From IMG/VR virus record IMGVR_UViG_3300033156_000724: a DNA stretch of 64,000 nt, one strand, 5' to 3'. How positions within the stretch are numbered: position 1 is the stretch's first letter; each line of letters opens with the position of its first letter. Made by a program: the position numbers and the translations under genes. Positions 1-10,549 of the stretch are shown piece after piece. A model generated the notes under the pieces. That model did no database searches and had not been told where the DNA came from. It saw only the letters and a program-made list of their open reading frames with translations. Source of the stretch: an uncultured virus (IMG/VR IMGVR_UViG_3300033156_000724). Taxonomy: Duplodnaviria; Heunggongvirae; Uroviricota; Caudoviricetes.

Positions 1-2
1 AA

Positions 3-533
3 TTGATGAAACTTCATATTGGAACAGGAAATACTTATCTCCCGGGTTGGGTTAATGTTGATATTTTCTCATTTGTAAAGGCTGATATTTATTCTAATGC
101 AATGAATCTTCCTTATGAAAGAGAAACGTTCGATTTGATTTACTCTAGTCATGTGTTGGAGCATTTTAATAGGCATATGATTCTGGCTGTGTTAACTCAT
201 TGGAGGGACCTGTTAATAGTTGGTGGGATTTTAAGAATAGCGGTTCCAGATTTTAGGGCAGTTTGTAAATATTATTTTAAAACTGATGATCTTCCCAGTC
301 TTATTGGATTATTATATGGCGGGCAGAACAATGTTTTGGATAAGCATTATATTATATTTGATGAAAAAACTCTTTCGGAGCATTTGCGAAAGGTTGGATT
401 TAAAAGCACGAAGTTGTGGGACTGGCGAACAACCGGTCATGCTCAGTATGATGATTATTCGCAGGCATATCTTCCTCACATGGACAAGGAGCACGGATTG
501 CATATGAGCTTAAATATGGAGGCAGTTAAATAA
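3..533 (+). CDS. Class I SAM-dependent methyltransferase (Methyltransf_11-like)
   Basis: LHIGTG motif I, GWVNVD, FDLIYSSHVLEH and GGILRIAVPD motifs. Confidence 0.8.
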   Translation: MMKLHIGTGNTYLPGWVNVDIFSFVKADIYSNAMNLPYERETFDLIYSSHVLEHFNRHMILAVLTHWRDLLIVGGILRIAVPDFRAVCKYYFKTDDLPSLIGLLYGGQNNVLDKHYIIFDEKTLSEHLRKVGFKSTKLWDWRTTGHAQYDDYSQAYLPHMDKEHGLHMSLNMEAVK

Positions 534-1759
534 TGTTATCATTCTATGATCATCCGATCAAAAATGATTATTTTACAGTAGTATATCGGTCTGAACTAAT
601 TAAATATTGCAGGAAGGTTGGAATTCCAATTAGTGAGATCGACGATTTTATGACTGTTAAAAATTCTATTGTTTTAACTCTTGGAGATAATTTAACTCCT
701 GAGATCATTGTTAGAATAAAAGAAAACAGCAACTTCCTTGTTGTGTTTGATATTAATGATCACTCTATTTTAACTGAAACATACAGTTATTCAGATGAAG
801 CAATGCTGATTGATTTAATATTCAAAGTGGGTGGAATTCAAAAAACTAAGGAGTCTTATAATGTTTGTATTGATAATGATTTAAATTATACTCGGGAGAA
901 GGCAGTGTTCCATAGTGGAGATTGGGGGAAATATTTTGATGTGGTAAGTGCAGGAAAAATTAGAAGTCTGCCATATCCTCCATGGGAGCTTGCTGTTGTT
1001 CAAAATGTTCCATGGGTAGAGAGGAAAAAACTGGCGTTAATTCGTGGCGGTCATCATTATTTGAGGGTTCATTTATTTTTACAGCTTCTTTCTATTGGTA
1101 TGTTGGATGGGAATTCAATATTTTCAAGTAATAAATATACATCGCAATTTTGCGATGATTGTAAAATGATTTTTAAAAATAATAAAAAAATTACATTTAA
1201 TTATCTCAATAAACATCCCGACATGTCGTGCCGTCTTAAAAATTGGGCAACAGGATTCAATGATTGTGGAAAATGGAATAATGGTTGTATCCCGAGATAT
1301 CTTGATTTGGCAAAATTGTTTCATGATAAATATGGAGGGTTTAAGCTTAGCGCAGTTGAAGATGCATTTTGTGGTTCTTTTGCTGATGCAAATTGGAGAG
1401 ATTCTATTCTTAATAGATATGTTTTTTATGGTGATTTCAAGTTGATTTTTTCAATATATGCTCCACCAAGATTTTGGGAAGCTGCTGAAGCTCATACAAT
1501 TAATTTGGTTCCAGAGAGAATGAATGACCAGGAGTTTTTTCCCCCGATGCAAGATGGAGTTCACTATATAACTTATAAAGAGGACTTTTCAGACCTGCGC
1601 GATGTGTGTAATATTAACAAAGAAAAATTTCAGTACATCACACATAATTGTTTTGAGTTGTATGATACATGGATAAATAAACAAGATATCCATAGAGTCT
1701 CGCCAAATTTATTAGCTTATATATTAAGTGAAATCGAGGCTGCGCATGGAAGTTTATGA
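533..1759 (+). CDS. Putative glycosyltransferase (GT-B-like C-terminus)
   Basis: C-terminal PRFWEAA...DGVHYITYKEDFSDL segment resembles GT-B/CgeB-type ends; lies between two methyltransferases. Confidence 0.5.
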   Translation: MLSFYDHPIKNDYFTVVYRSELIKYCRKVGIPISEIDDFMTVKNSIVLTLGDNLTPEIIVRIKENSNFLVVFDINDHSILTETYSYSDEAMLIDLIFKVGGIQKTKESYNVCIDNDLNYTREKAVFHSGDWGKYFDVVSAGKIRSLPYPPWELAVVQNVPWVERKKLALIRGGHHYLRVHLFLQLLSIGMLDGNSIFSSNKYTSQFCDDCKMIFKNNKKITFNYLNKHPDMSCRLKNWATGFNDCGKWNNGCIPRYLDLAKLFHDKYGGFKLSAVEDAFCGSFADANWRDSILNRYVFYGDFKLIFSIYAPPRFWEAAEAHTINLVPERMNDQEFFPPMQDGVHYITYKEDFSDLRDVCNINKEKFQYITHNCFELYDTWINKQDIHRVSPNLLAYILSEIEAAHGSL

Positions 1760-2369
1760 TTATGATTATTTCGAAAATGGCATTGAATCTGGGAAAAGCA
1801 ATTACAGTCGGTACCGATGGATACCAGAGCTAACAATTCCGATGGCCATGACAATAATTGATTATCTCGGAATAAGGCAGGAGCATACAGTATTAGATTT
1901 TGGTTGTTCAAAAGGATATCTTGTTAAAGCTATGCGGTGGCTTAATAGACAATGTTATGGAGTTGATATTAGTAAATACGCCATTAATAATTGTGATAAT
2001 GAAGTTGCCAAATATTTAAGTCATAATCTTGGCACTAGACGGTTCGATTTTTGCATAGCAAAAGATGTATTTGAACATATTGAACTTTCTGAACTTGGTT
2101 GTTTTTTAAAACAGTCCGTTGCAAAAAAATATTTTGTCATTATTCCGTTAGGTGAAAATGGCAAATACAGAGCCCCAGCAAATAATATGGATATAACTCA
2201 TATTAATTGTATGACAGAAAATGAGTGGATAGATTTTTTTTCAAAATATCTTGATGTTGATGAGTTTACATTTTGTGTTAATGGAATCAAGGATAATTAT
2301 TATAATAAATTTCCGGAAGCGCACGGTTTTTTTACTCTAAAAAATGGGGGAGGTTTAAATCATGATTAA
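1728..2369 (+). CDS. Class I SAM-dependent methyltransferase
   Basis: VLDFGCSKG motif I, YGVDIS, DVFEHI. Confidence 0.8.
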   Translation: MKSRLRMEVYDYDYFENGIESGKSNYSRYRWIPELTIPMAMTIIDYLGIRQEHTVLDFGCSKGYLVKAMRWLNRQCYGVDISKYAINNCDNEVAKYLSHNLGTRRFDFCIAKDVFEHIELSELGCFLKQSVAKKYFVIIPLGENGKYRAPANNMDITHINCMTENEWIDFFSKYLDVDEFTFCVNGIKDNYYNKFPEAHGFFTLKNGGGLNHD

Positions 2370-2760
2370 AATATCATTATTTTTGTTGAAATCTGGGGCA
2401 GAAAACGCTGATATTGAAGAAGCTGTAAGATCAGTTACAAATAAAAACGTTGTGCCTGTCTATTTTTATCATATAAATTCAATAAGCGAGATTAACGAAA
2501 TTGAAAAACAAACTGATTGGTTTGTTGTTATGTATGATAATGAAACTATTAGTCCAGGGTTAATGGATGTACTTTCAATATATTTAGAACACTCAAAACG
2601 AGATGCTCTTGTTTTATTTAAGAAAAAAAATTTAACGCTTACCAAGGCGCCAAGAGTGTTCAGGCGGCATATTGAATTGATGCCTGATAATCTACTACCA
2701 GTAGATACAACAACAGTATTTGAAGTAGTATTAGACGGATGGGTTAAGGAGCTGAGTTGA
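2362..2760 (+). CDS. Hypothetical protein, possibly a degenerate GT2-like fold
   Basis: TDWFVVMYDNE resembles the GT2 DW..LDxDE segment; start overlaps the upstream stop. Confidence 0.3.
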   Translation: MIKISLFLLKSGAENADIEEAVRSVTNKNVVPVYFYHINSISEINEIEKQTDWFVVMYDNETISPGLMDVLSIYLEHSKRDALVLFKKKNLTLTKAPRVFRRHIELMPDNLLPVDTTTVFEVVLDGWVKELS

Positions 2761-2951
2761 TGGATAAAATAAAGGTGGGAGATTGGGTTAGGGTATTCGG
2801 TGAGGGATATGACGCTTTCCAGGTTGAGTGGATTAATGGGGACATTGTTGGAGTAAATGGTGATGCTGAGTCACTATCAAAAGTTACAAAGCTTGATTTG
2901 AATAAATATGGCATTCATACATTTGTTCATCATATGTGGTATGAAAAATGA
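2757..2951 (+). CDS. Small hypothetical protein
   Basis: Translationally coupled ORF in the operon. Confidence 0.5.
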   Translation: MMDKIKVGDWVRVFGEGYDAFQVEWINGDIVGVNGDAESLSKVTKLDLNKYGIHTFVHHMWYEK

Positions 2952-3484
2952 TTCAATTACAATTTAATCCAGTAGATTACAGGCGGTATATGGGAGCATT
3001 AAACAGAATATTGTCTCGATCAAAAAGGATTGCAAATGAGTTGAATTATCGCAATGCCTTGAATTTTCATACCTTGCTGATTGATAATATTTATAATGCA
3101 GATGCTAAATATGGGTTTCCCGGGAATGCACCATATAATCATAGATATGCAGCATGGAAAAAATCATGGGGTAATTTTTGGGTATTATATGGAGATCTTG
3201 TTAATAACATCGTTAAGAAGAGAACAACGAATGGATGGGCTGTCGGTATTCCAAAAGGGAAAATGGATTCGGGTGGAAAATCATGGTTCGGTAAAACAAA
3301 AACTCATCCGGCGCCACTAGGTGAATCAAGAGAAATAGCAATGTACGCTTATTATTTGGAATACGGGAGAAAGGGCCAAAAACCAAGACCAATTGTTGGT
3401 CCGACTAGAACAGAATATGCTGAGAATGGTTGGCAAAAAACTGGTGTTAAGGTATTAAATAGCATAAAGATGCAGTGGAGATAA
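2948..3484 (+). CDS. Putative neck/tail-completion protein (HK97 gp10-like)
   Basis: YAYYLEYG...PRP motif; position upstream of the tail tube gene. Confidence 0.6.
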   Translation: MIQLQFNPVDYRRYMGALNRILSRSKRIANELNYRNALNFHTLLIDNIYNADAKYGFPGNAPYNHRYAAWKKSWGNFWVLYGDLVNNIVKKRTTNGWAVGIPKGKMDSGGKSWFGKTKTHPAPLGESREIAMYAYYLEYGRKGQKPRPIVGPTRTEYAENGWQKTGVKVLNSIKMQWR

Positions 3485-3485
3485 A

Positions 3486-3719
3486 ATGAAAGTCTTAAAC
3501 ATTCATCCTAAAGACGTTCATGTTGTAATTGAATTGTCATTAACGGAAATCGTTTATATTTTGGAGTACCTAAGTGTAAGTGTTGCAAACCCTGATAGAT
3601 CTGGATATGAGAAATTTAATGATGCCAAGGAATTTATAGAAAAAGATTTTTTCCCTGGACTCGACAAACTAACGGAGCACATTAATAATGAGTTTGGACC
3701 CGACAGCGCGCAGAGCTAA
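3486..3719 (+). CDS. Hypothetical protein
   Basis: Tightly packed ORF in the structural operon. Confidence 0.5.
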   Translation: MKVLNIHPKDVHVVIELSLTEIVYILEYLSVSVANPDRSGYEKFNDAKEFIEKDFFPGLDKLTEHINNEFGPDSAQS

Positions 3720-4149
3720 TATTAAAGATTCCGTAAAACGGTTTTTTCGCAGTACATATTCAGGAGAATTAACCTTTGATAAATCTTTATCTTCACCCGA
3801 TTTAATGAATACTAAAGCAGTAGATCGGTGGGTTAATATTGATATTGGGGAAGTTGACCGAGGTTACATAACAACAGTCTCTCTTGAAATAATGTGTGCA
3901 TCCAGAAAAGACCCAGAGGGGTTCAAGCTAGCACAATTAACTGACACTGTAATGGGGCTTATAACAGATACAACAATGTCAGATGGTATGAAGCGGATTC
4001 CGTTTTATCGTAGCATGATTACCGGTGAATGGCCGTTGTTGGGCGCTTTTGTCGTACAGGATGTTTTTGAATCAAAAGAAATGTATGCTCCCGATAATAC
4101 TAAATATATTATTTTATCTGCTATTTTAAAAACAGCATCAAAAATTTAG
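3688..4149 (+). CDS. Putative tail terminator protein
   Basis: 153 aa; synteny before the major tail protein. Confidence 0.45.
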   Translation: MSLDPTARRANIKDSVKRFFRSTYSGELTFDKSLSSPDLMNTKAVDRWVNIDIGEVDRGYITTVSLEIMCASRKDPEGFKLAQLTDTVMGLITDTTMSDGMKRIPFYRSMITGEWPLLGAFVVQDVFESKEMYAPDNTKYIILSAILKTASKI

Positions 4150-4157
4150 AGGCAGTT

Positions 4158-4421
4158 ATGAGTTCTAATTACGTTCATTGTTCGTTGTGTGGTAAGGTAC
4201 TCTTGGAACGTCAAGCAAATGGTTTGTGGCGGTTTATTTTTGGTCGAGATAAAATTCATGGATTTGCTGTTGTTGATATTCAAATTTATGGATCAATTAA
4301 AATGAGATGTTTAAGGCGCCGGTGTAGAGCGGAACATCCTAATCACTGGAATGTCTTTAATTTTTTCCCAAATCAGGAATTTCCTCAGTCGGCACTGCCG
4401 AATCAATCAACTTCTAGTTGA
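4158..4421 (+). CDS. Small zinc-ribbon protein (Mu Com-like)
   Basis: CSLCGKVL...IKMRCLRRRC cysteine pattern. Confidence 0.45.
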   Translation: MSSNYVHCSLCGKVLLERQANGLWRFIFGRDKIHGFAVVDIQIYGSIKMRCLRRRCRAEHPNHWNVFNFFPNQEFPQSALPNQSTSS

Positions 4422-4466
4422 ATCTTCGCCAATCAAGTTAAATCAATAAGAAGGAGGTGATATAGT

Positions 4467-5051
4467 ATGGCTCGTAAAGGACCTGTTACAAAAGATACGA
4501 CTACTATTGCGTTAGGGTTGGCTCAGATTCGTGTTCTTGAATCAGCTACAAATATAGCCAGTGTTGATGCTGTTGGTAGTAGTAGTGATTCGATTGGTTC
4601 TCTTGCAAGTACCAAGTTTACTGGTAGCGCTGAGTATTATAATTTGGAAGGTGGTTTTCCGTTAATTCCTGAGTTTACTACAGCAATCAGAGAAGCTGCT
4701 AGCATGGAGTGCTCGTGGCGTGAATTAACTCCGTTTAATGTAGCGATGTCTTATGGCATTGATCCTACTTCCGGGTATGATGCCGCTCATTCTGGGGAGG
4801 TTGCTCTTGGCGGTAGGGTTGCGCCTGCATATGTTCGTATGGAGGCATTATATACGTATCCAGATGGTACGAGTAAGATGCATATTATTTTCCCGAGAGC
4901 CCAGGTTAAGTCATCTCTTGAATTGGACCTTCAATCAGAAGATTCGGTTGCAGTGCCAGTGACATTTGAAGCGATGAACGCATCCAGTGATGTTTCTGGC
5001 GGCGATGCTGCATGGGATGATAAACCTTTGGGCAGAATTTATTGGGAATAA
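4467..5051 (+). CDS. Major tail tube protein
   Basis: Strong RBS AGGAGG; 194 aa beta-rich; precedes the chaperone and tape measure genes. Confidence 0.7.
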   Translation: MARKGPVTKDTTTIALGLAQIRVLESATNIASVDAVGSSSDSIGSLASTKFTGSAEYYNLEGGFPLIPEFTTAIREAASMECSWRELTPFNVAMSYGIDPTSGYDAAHSGEVALGGRVAPAYVRMEALYTYPDGTSKMHIIFPRAQVKSSLELDLQSEDSVAVPVTFEAMNASSDVSGGDAAWDDKPLGRIYWE

Positions 5052-5081
5052 CCTTTAACTAACCTGAAAAGGAGTATTATT

Positions 5082-5567
5082 ATGGCGGAGAATGATAGAC
5101 TTAATCCGCAGATTACGGAAATTGAAGTTGGCACACGTAATCTGCGGAGCATTACTGTTTACCCGATGTCTTTGGCCGATGAAAAACTTTTTGGAGACGT
5201 TATTCAAAAAGCGCTACAGAAATATTTTGATCAGAAAGTCGGTGAAGAGGAAGCTGAGATTGTTGGATTTGTTGATTTTTTATTTAAACTGATTGAAAAA
5301 AACCTTATTAAAATACTTAGTTTAATTACCGATGAAGATAACCCAGAGAAAACTCTTGAAGAAATGACCAATTTTCAGCTCAGTGAGCTTATAATGACTA
5401 TATATAAAGTAAACTTTGAGCAACCAGTAAAAAACGCCGAGAGCCTTCTCGACAAAGCGAAGAACTTACTGTTACGATCGAGGGGGCTATCACCACAGTC
5501 ATCGAGCGATATCCTCAATACGGACTTGACCACTTCTACAGACGAAGTTTCAAAGACGGAGGATTAA
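5082..5567 (+). CDS. Tail assembly chaperone (gpG-like)
   Basis: Between tail tube and tape measure; slippery heptamer A AAA AAC at 5429-5435. Confidence 0.75.
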   Translation: MAENDRLNPQITEIEVGTRNLRSITVYPMSLADEKLFGDVIQKALQKYFDQKVGEEEAEIVGFVDFLFKLIEKNLIKILSLITDEDNPEKTLEEMTNFQLSELIMTIYKVNFEQPVKNAESLLDKAKNLLLRSRGLSPQSSSDILNTDLTTSTDEVSKTED

Positions 5568-5857
5568 CCAGAAGTCAATTTTTAGTATTGTACGAAGAAA
5601 CTCAAAAAAGAGAAGAACTTCAAATGAAATTCATGGCTGCTATTCATGGCATTAATCTTGATGAGCAAAATGAATCATTAATCGCTCCTGCATCGTCGGA
5701 GATTGCTGGAACAAAAAAACAGTCTGGTGGTTTTATGTTTAAGGCCCCTGGAGCATATAGCAATATGACGCAAGAAGAAAAGGAAAGAGAGACGCAACGC
5801 ATGAAAGGAATGCATAAACAGTGGGCTCTAAATAAGGCAAAAGTAATGGGGACCTGA
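5429..5857 (+). CDS. -1 frameshift extension of the chaperone (gpGT-like), includes ORF 5588-5857
   Basis: The -1 frame is open from the slippery site (KKRREPSRQSEELTV...) into LYEETQKREE. Confidence 0.75.
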   Translation, partial: KKRREPSRQSEELTVTIEGAITTVIERYPQYGLDHFYRRSFKDGGLTRSQFLVLYEETQKREELQMKFMAAIHGINLDEQNESLIAPASSEIAGTKKQSGGFMFKAPGAYSNMTQEEKERETQRMKGMHKQWALNKAKVMGT

Positions 5858-5858
5858 T

Positions 5859-8800
5859 ATGGCTGATAAAACACTAACGCTTGGAACAGTCTTTACTGCT
5901 AATATTAGTAGTGTTACCGCTGCTATTGGAACATTGAGGAATGAAATGGCGCTCCTTAATAAAGGAATGACCAGTATTGGATCTCAAGCTTCAGGTGCGT
6001 CCAAAAAAGTTTCATCGATGACCAGTCAGCTAAGTAAGGCGAGCGCTGGTACAAAAAAATTAGGCAATGCTCAAGCATGGACTGGTAAACAGATAGGTAA
6101 AGTTACTGGAGCATGGGAAAAACTGAAATCAGCTATGAAAGTCACTGCGTCATATGGCCTTGCATCCATGGCTATTTATGGTATTTACCAAGCGCTGCAA
6201 TCAGGCATCACCGAAATTATCAACTTTGACCAGGGTCTTAAAAATCTGCAAGCTATTTCTGGCGCAACAGCAGCACAAGTAATGGTAATGGGTGACGCTA
6301 TCAAAAGCGTTGCTAAAGAAACCAAGTTTTCAACCGTTGAAGTTGCTGATGGAATGGTGTTACTTACTCAAGCTGGTTTTTCAGCCACCGAAGCCATGGC
6401 TGCTATAAGGTCTGTATCTTTATTAGCAACTGGTACCTTATCAAGCCTTCAGGTTACTTCTGATTTACTTACTACCACGATCAGGGCGTTTAGTCTTGAA
6501 GCCACGGAAGCTACTCGTGTAGCTGACGTCATGGCTAACGCCATTAATAAATCAAAATTAACAATTGATAAACTTAGAATATCCTTTAATTTTGTTGGTT
6601 CAGTAGCTGCTCAAACTGGTTTGTCTCTGGAACAGACAGCTGCATCAATGATGGTGCTTGCTAATAGTGGTTTACGGGCAAGCACAATTGGTACCGGGCT
6701 CAGGCAAGTGTTAGCTAGATTAATGGCTCCTACTGGTAAGCTCCGGGAAGCATTTGAACAACACAATATTGAATTAGCTAAGGTAAATCCACGATTAGTT
6801 GGGTTTGAAACAGCGATTAAAAACCTTCTCCCCGTCATGTGGGATAGCGAGAAAGGCGCTGTCAATATGGCAAAAGCATTCGCGCTTTTTGGTTTGCGAG
6901 GGTCCCAGGCTGCGGGGATACTTGTGAAGGCTTTTGCTGGATCTGAGTATGCGACCATGCTTGAAAAAGTATATGAGGTTGGTGCTTCGGAAGCAATGGC
7001 CGGTATTCAGGCAGAAGGTTTGGGTGTTAAACTTAAAAATTTGGCTGATAGATTTAAACTTGTGGCAGTTGCTTCAGGAGAAGCTGGCGTTGCTCATGCA
7101 ATTGGATTGCTGATAGATGTTCTTAGAAGCGCTGCTGGTTTAATGGAGGCATTTGCAAAGAATGTTGTTGGCTCCACACTTGTTGCATGGGGCGCATGGT
7201 CTCTTGTAATTGTTGGTATTATAAAAAGTTTTAGAGTTTTAAAGTCTGTTATGAAAAGTATTGCTGTGTGGACTGGATTTCGAGCAGCAATAGGTACTAT
7301 GATCTTTCAGTTTAAAATGCTGAATGCGACGCTTCTTGTTTCAAATAATTATGTTAGAGGATTAAAAGCTGCGTGGATGGCATTTACATCTATGATTGCA
7401 AATATGTCGGTAATGGGTAAACTTGTTTTGATCTTTGGATTGGCGGCAACGGCCATTGGTCTTTTATCGGGCAGAACTAAAAAATATATTGAAAAGCTTG
7501 CAAAAACTGTTGAAACAAACAGGGCGGCTATTGATTCAATCAGGCAGTATTCAGATTCGCTGGAAAACTTGAATGAAAAATTACAAAGGGGCGAGGATGT
7601 TACAGCTCAATATACTACTACAATTGAACGTCTAAAGAAGGATCATAAAGATTTGGCTTTGTATGTTGATTTTAACACTGCTAGTCATGAGCAACTTAAT
7701 CAGGCTATGATGGATATGCAGTGGGATAAATTCAATGCTGGCCTCGACGATTTAACTAAATTGGTTATTGCTCAGTCAGAACGTGTTGAACATCTTCGTA
7801 CAGTCTTTGCTAATCTTGATACAGATATTGCCCTTACTAGTCTTGGAATAGTGGGTCCTGATATAAAAGATGATGAGAATGTTGTTAAAAAAACATTTGA
7901 AACATGGGCCATGGGTCGGCAGGCATTGGTAGATTTAGCTAATACTCAACAATCATATATCGCGGCCATGGTATATTTTACAAAAATAGAAAAACAGAGC
8001 GCTGATGAAGCAAGAGAAAAGATCAAAATATATTTTGCAAAACACAATGCTATTGAAAAAGTAACGGATGCGCTCAATCAATTTAATAAAGCTCTTGAGA
8101 AATCATCAAAAATTGATCCTACTATAAACTTGAAAGATATTACAAAAGAATATGAATCATATTATAACACGCTCGACCTTCTTGGACAGGCGCATTTAGT
8201 TCAGGAAACAGCCAGCTCAATGTTGGCACAAAAACATCTTGAAGCTAATCTTCAGAAAAAAATAGGGACCCATAAAGATGCATGGAAAATTATTGGGGCT
8301 TTGATTGGAGAAAGTCAAGCCAAGATTTTGATGAAGCAAATAGATACCAACAAAAAAGAAAAAATGAGTGCAAGTGAATTAGTTGAATTTAAAAAAAGTG
8401 AGCTGAAAAAATATATTGATGCTGTTGAGGCCGCTTATGAAAAAAGTGTTGTGTCCGAGAAGGATTCATATAAAGATTCAATCGCTGTTATAAAAGAAAC
8501 ATCTGATACAAAACTCGCCAATGAAAAACTGACCACTATTCAGCGAAACAATATTATTGCGCAATCTCTTGCGAAAGAAAAGAAATTAACAGAAAAGCAC
8601 AACAAAACTCTTGAGGATATGGCGCAAAAGCATGAAGGCGTAATGATAGGCATTAAATCTGCCGGCGCTCAACTTGCAATTGATGATAAATCCGCAGATA
8701 TTGCTACATTAAAAGCAAAGAAAAAACAAGCGGATATGGAGATAGCTATTGAATTAAGCAAGAGTAAGGCAATTCTTGAGATTAAAAAACGGGCAAGCAT

Positions 8801-9944
8801 TGATGATATTGCTACGATGGAAGCAATCAACAAAGAGGAGCGTGATCTTGAATTACAGGCTATGAAAAAAAGCCTGAAAAACTATCAAGAATATTATGAA
8901 GACCTGAAAAAAACCGACAGTGTGTCTAAAACAGAGTTGCTTGCTGCTGCTCTTAAGCTTAACAAGATGATAGAAGCAGTAGAGGATAAAAAAACAAGCA
9001 ACATGAAAGACGATACAAAAGACCGGAATGTTGCAGAAAAAAAAGCTTTTGATGAAAGTCTTGCAAATACTCAACTATATTCAGATGAATGGGTAACCAT
9101 TATTAGGGAAATGTACTTGAAGGGGATGATAGGTCCTGCTGAATATAGAGATCAGATGACACAATATTTAGATGATCTTGCAGAGCAATGGAAGAAAGGT
9201 ATAGTTCCGGTAGAAGAATATTTGGCGGCTGTTAAGAAAGCGTTATTGGAAACAGCGATCAGTGAAGAAGATGCTAATGAAAGAAGAATAAGGGCAAACG
9301 GAACTTTTTGGGAAGCTTTAAAATGGGGATTTGAAAACAGTAAAACAGATCTTCTTTCCTGGCAGGATATTGTAATAGAGGTAGGACAAGGGTTCGTTAA
9401 ACAGTTTGCTAATAATGCAGCAGGCGCATTGATGGATTTTGTCGATGGGACGAAATCAGCAAAAGAAGCATTTCAAGATTTTGCGCGCAGCACGCTTCGG
9501 TGGATTGCTGAGTTGATAATCAAACTTACAATTATGAAGGCTCTGCAATCAATGGGTCTGGGTAGTAGCCTTGATGCTAGCGCCGGACTTGGAGCTGCTT
9601 GGGATACGGTTTCGTCGTGGGGCAGCGGCGGGATTATAGGAGTAACGCCCCAGCCTGTAAGAATTGTTAATCCCAATATATTTGCAAATGCTAAACACTA
9701 TCAAAGTGGTGGTATAATTGGCAATGAAGTTCCTATTATTGCTCATAAAAATGAGGGTATTTTCACTCCTGAACAAATGGCGGCAATGGGCGGCGGTCAA
9801 ACAACAGTAGAATTAACCAACGTTAATATAGTAGATGACAGAGCATTGTCGCAATTGTTATCAACATCAAAGGGCAAATCAGCGATGTTGAATTTTATTG
9901 GAGAAAACGCAACCATGGTTAAAAAAGTATTGGGGAGTCGCTAA
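5859..9944 (+). CDS. Tape measure protein (TP901 family-like)
   Basis: 1361 aa, Ala-rich helical; ETKFSTVEVADGM and ADVMANAINKS repeats; synteny. Confidence 0.92.
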   Translation: MADKTLTLGTVFTANISSVTAAIGTLRNEMALLNKGMTSIGSQASGASKKVSSMTSQLSKASAGTKKLGNAQAWTGKQIGKVTGAWEKLKSAMKVTASYGLASMAIYGIYQALQSGITEIINFDQGLKNLQAISGATAAQVMVMGDAIKSVAKETKFSTVEVADGMVLLTQAGFSATEAMAAIRSVSLLATGTLSSLQVTSDLLTTTIRAFSLEATEATRVADVMANAINKSKLTIDKLRISFNFVGSVAAQTGLSLEQTAASMMVLANSGLRASTIGTGLRQVLARLMAPTGKLREAFEQHNIELAKVNPRLVGFETAIKNLLPVMWDSEKGAVNMAKAFALFGLRGSQAAGILVKAFAGSEYATMLEKVYEVGASEAMAGIQAEGLGVKLKNLADRFKLVAVASGEAGVAHAIGLLIDVLRSAAGLMEAFAKNVVGSTLVAWGAWSLVIVGIIKSFRVLKSVMKSIAVWTGFRAAIGTMIFQFKMLNATLLVSNNYVRGLKAAWMAFTSMIANMSVMGKLVLIFGLAATAIGLLSGRTKKYIEKLAKTVETNRAAIDSIRQYSDSLENLNEKLQRGEDVTAQYTTTIERLKKDHKDLALYVDFNTASHEQLNQAMMDMQWDKFNAGLDDLTKLVIAQSERVEHLRTVFANLDTDIALTSLGIVGPDIKDDENVVKKTFETWAMGRQALVDLANTQQSYIAAMVYFTKIEKQSADEAREKIKIYFAKHNAIEKVTDALNQFNKALEKSSKIDPTINLKDITKEYESYYNTLDLLGQAHLVQETASSMLAQKHLEANLQKKIGTHKDAWKIIGALIGESQAKILMKQIDTNKKEKMSASELVEFKKSELKKYIDAVEAAYEKSVVSEKDSYKDSIAVIKETSDTKLANEKLTTIQRNNIIAQSLAKEKKLTEKHNKTLEDMAQKHEGVMIGIKSAGAQLAIDDKSADIATLKAKKKQADMEIAIELSKSKAILEIKKRASIDDIATMEAINKEERDLELQAMKKSLKNYQEYYEDLKKTDSVSKTELLAAALKLNKMIEAVEDKKTSNMKDDTKDRNVAEKKAFDESLANTQLYSDEWVTIIREMYLKGMIGPAEYRDQMTQYLDDLAEQWKKGIVPVEEYLAAVKKALLETAISEEDANERRIRANGTFWEALKWGFENSKTDLLSWQDIVIEVGQGFVKQFANNAAGALMDFVDGTKSAKEAFQDFARSTLRWIAELIIKLTIMKALQSMGLGSSLDASAGLGAAWDTVSSWGSGGIIGVTPQPVRIVNPNIFANAKHYQSGGIIGNEVPIIAHKNEGIFTPEQMAAMGGGQTTVELTNVNIVDDRALSQLLSTSKGKSAMLNFIGENATMVKKVLGSR

Positions 9945-10549
9945 TGTTTATTCTTGAACCGGCTGAAACATGCTGCGCATTCTTCCCTCGATGGGATAAT
10001 GACGTTATTTTAAAAAGACGGTTTGTTACTGTTATTGTTGCCGCTGAGGAAGGCGACGAACAAAGAAGCGGAATTCACCCCACGCCTGCTCATTCTTTGT
10101 CGTATAATTTAATTACCAGGAATATTGCTGAAACTACTTATTTAAAGAGAAGGTTTAACAAATATATTAATAAAGTATGGGCTGTGCCAGTATGGCCGTA
10201 CAATATGGAATTAACATCCGAGGCAACTGCAGGGTCGAACGTTTTAAATGTTAACAGCGCTTTTTACAGAGAGTTGGATAGTATTAGTTCAAATAATGAA
10301 TATGCAGATGTCATTTTGGTGGCTGATTATAAAACAACAGAGTCGGGGGAAATCGTGTCTTTTGATGAAACAAGCATTATACTAGCTCAACCTTTAAGTT
10401 CTACATGGAAACAAGGCTCTAAATTATATCCGCTAATGAAAGCAACTTTAAATTATGCCATTAATCTTGAATCTCTGACCCCTGATAACGCAAAGATAAA
10501 TTTTGAATTTCATGAGTCATTCAGGTCGATTGTCTCTGGTGAGGTGTGA
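9944..10549 (+). CDS. Tail tip / distal tail protein
   Basis: Directly follows the tape measure gene; GDEQR...WAVPVW motifs. Confidence 0.55.
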   Translation: MFILEPAETCCAFFPRWDNDVILKRRFVTVIVAAEEGDEQRSGIHPTPAHSLSYNLITRNIAETTYLKRRFNKYINKVWAVPVWPYNMELTSEATAGSNVLNVNSAFYRELDSISSNNEYADVILVADYKTTESGEIVSFDETSIILAQPLSSTWKQGSKLYPLMKATLNYAINLESLTPDNAKINFEFHESFRSIVSGEV

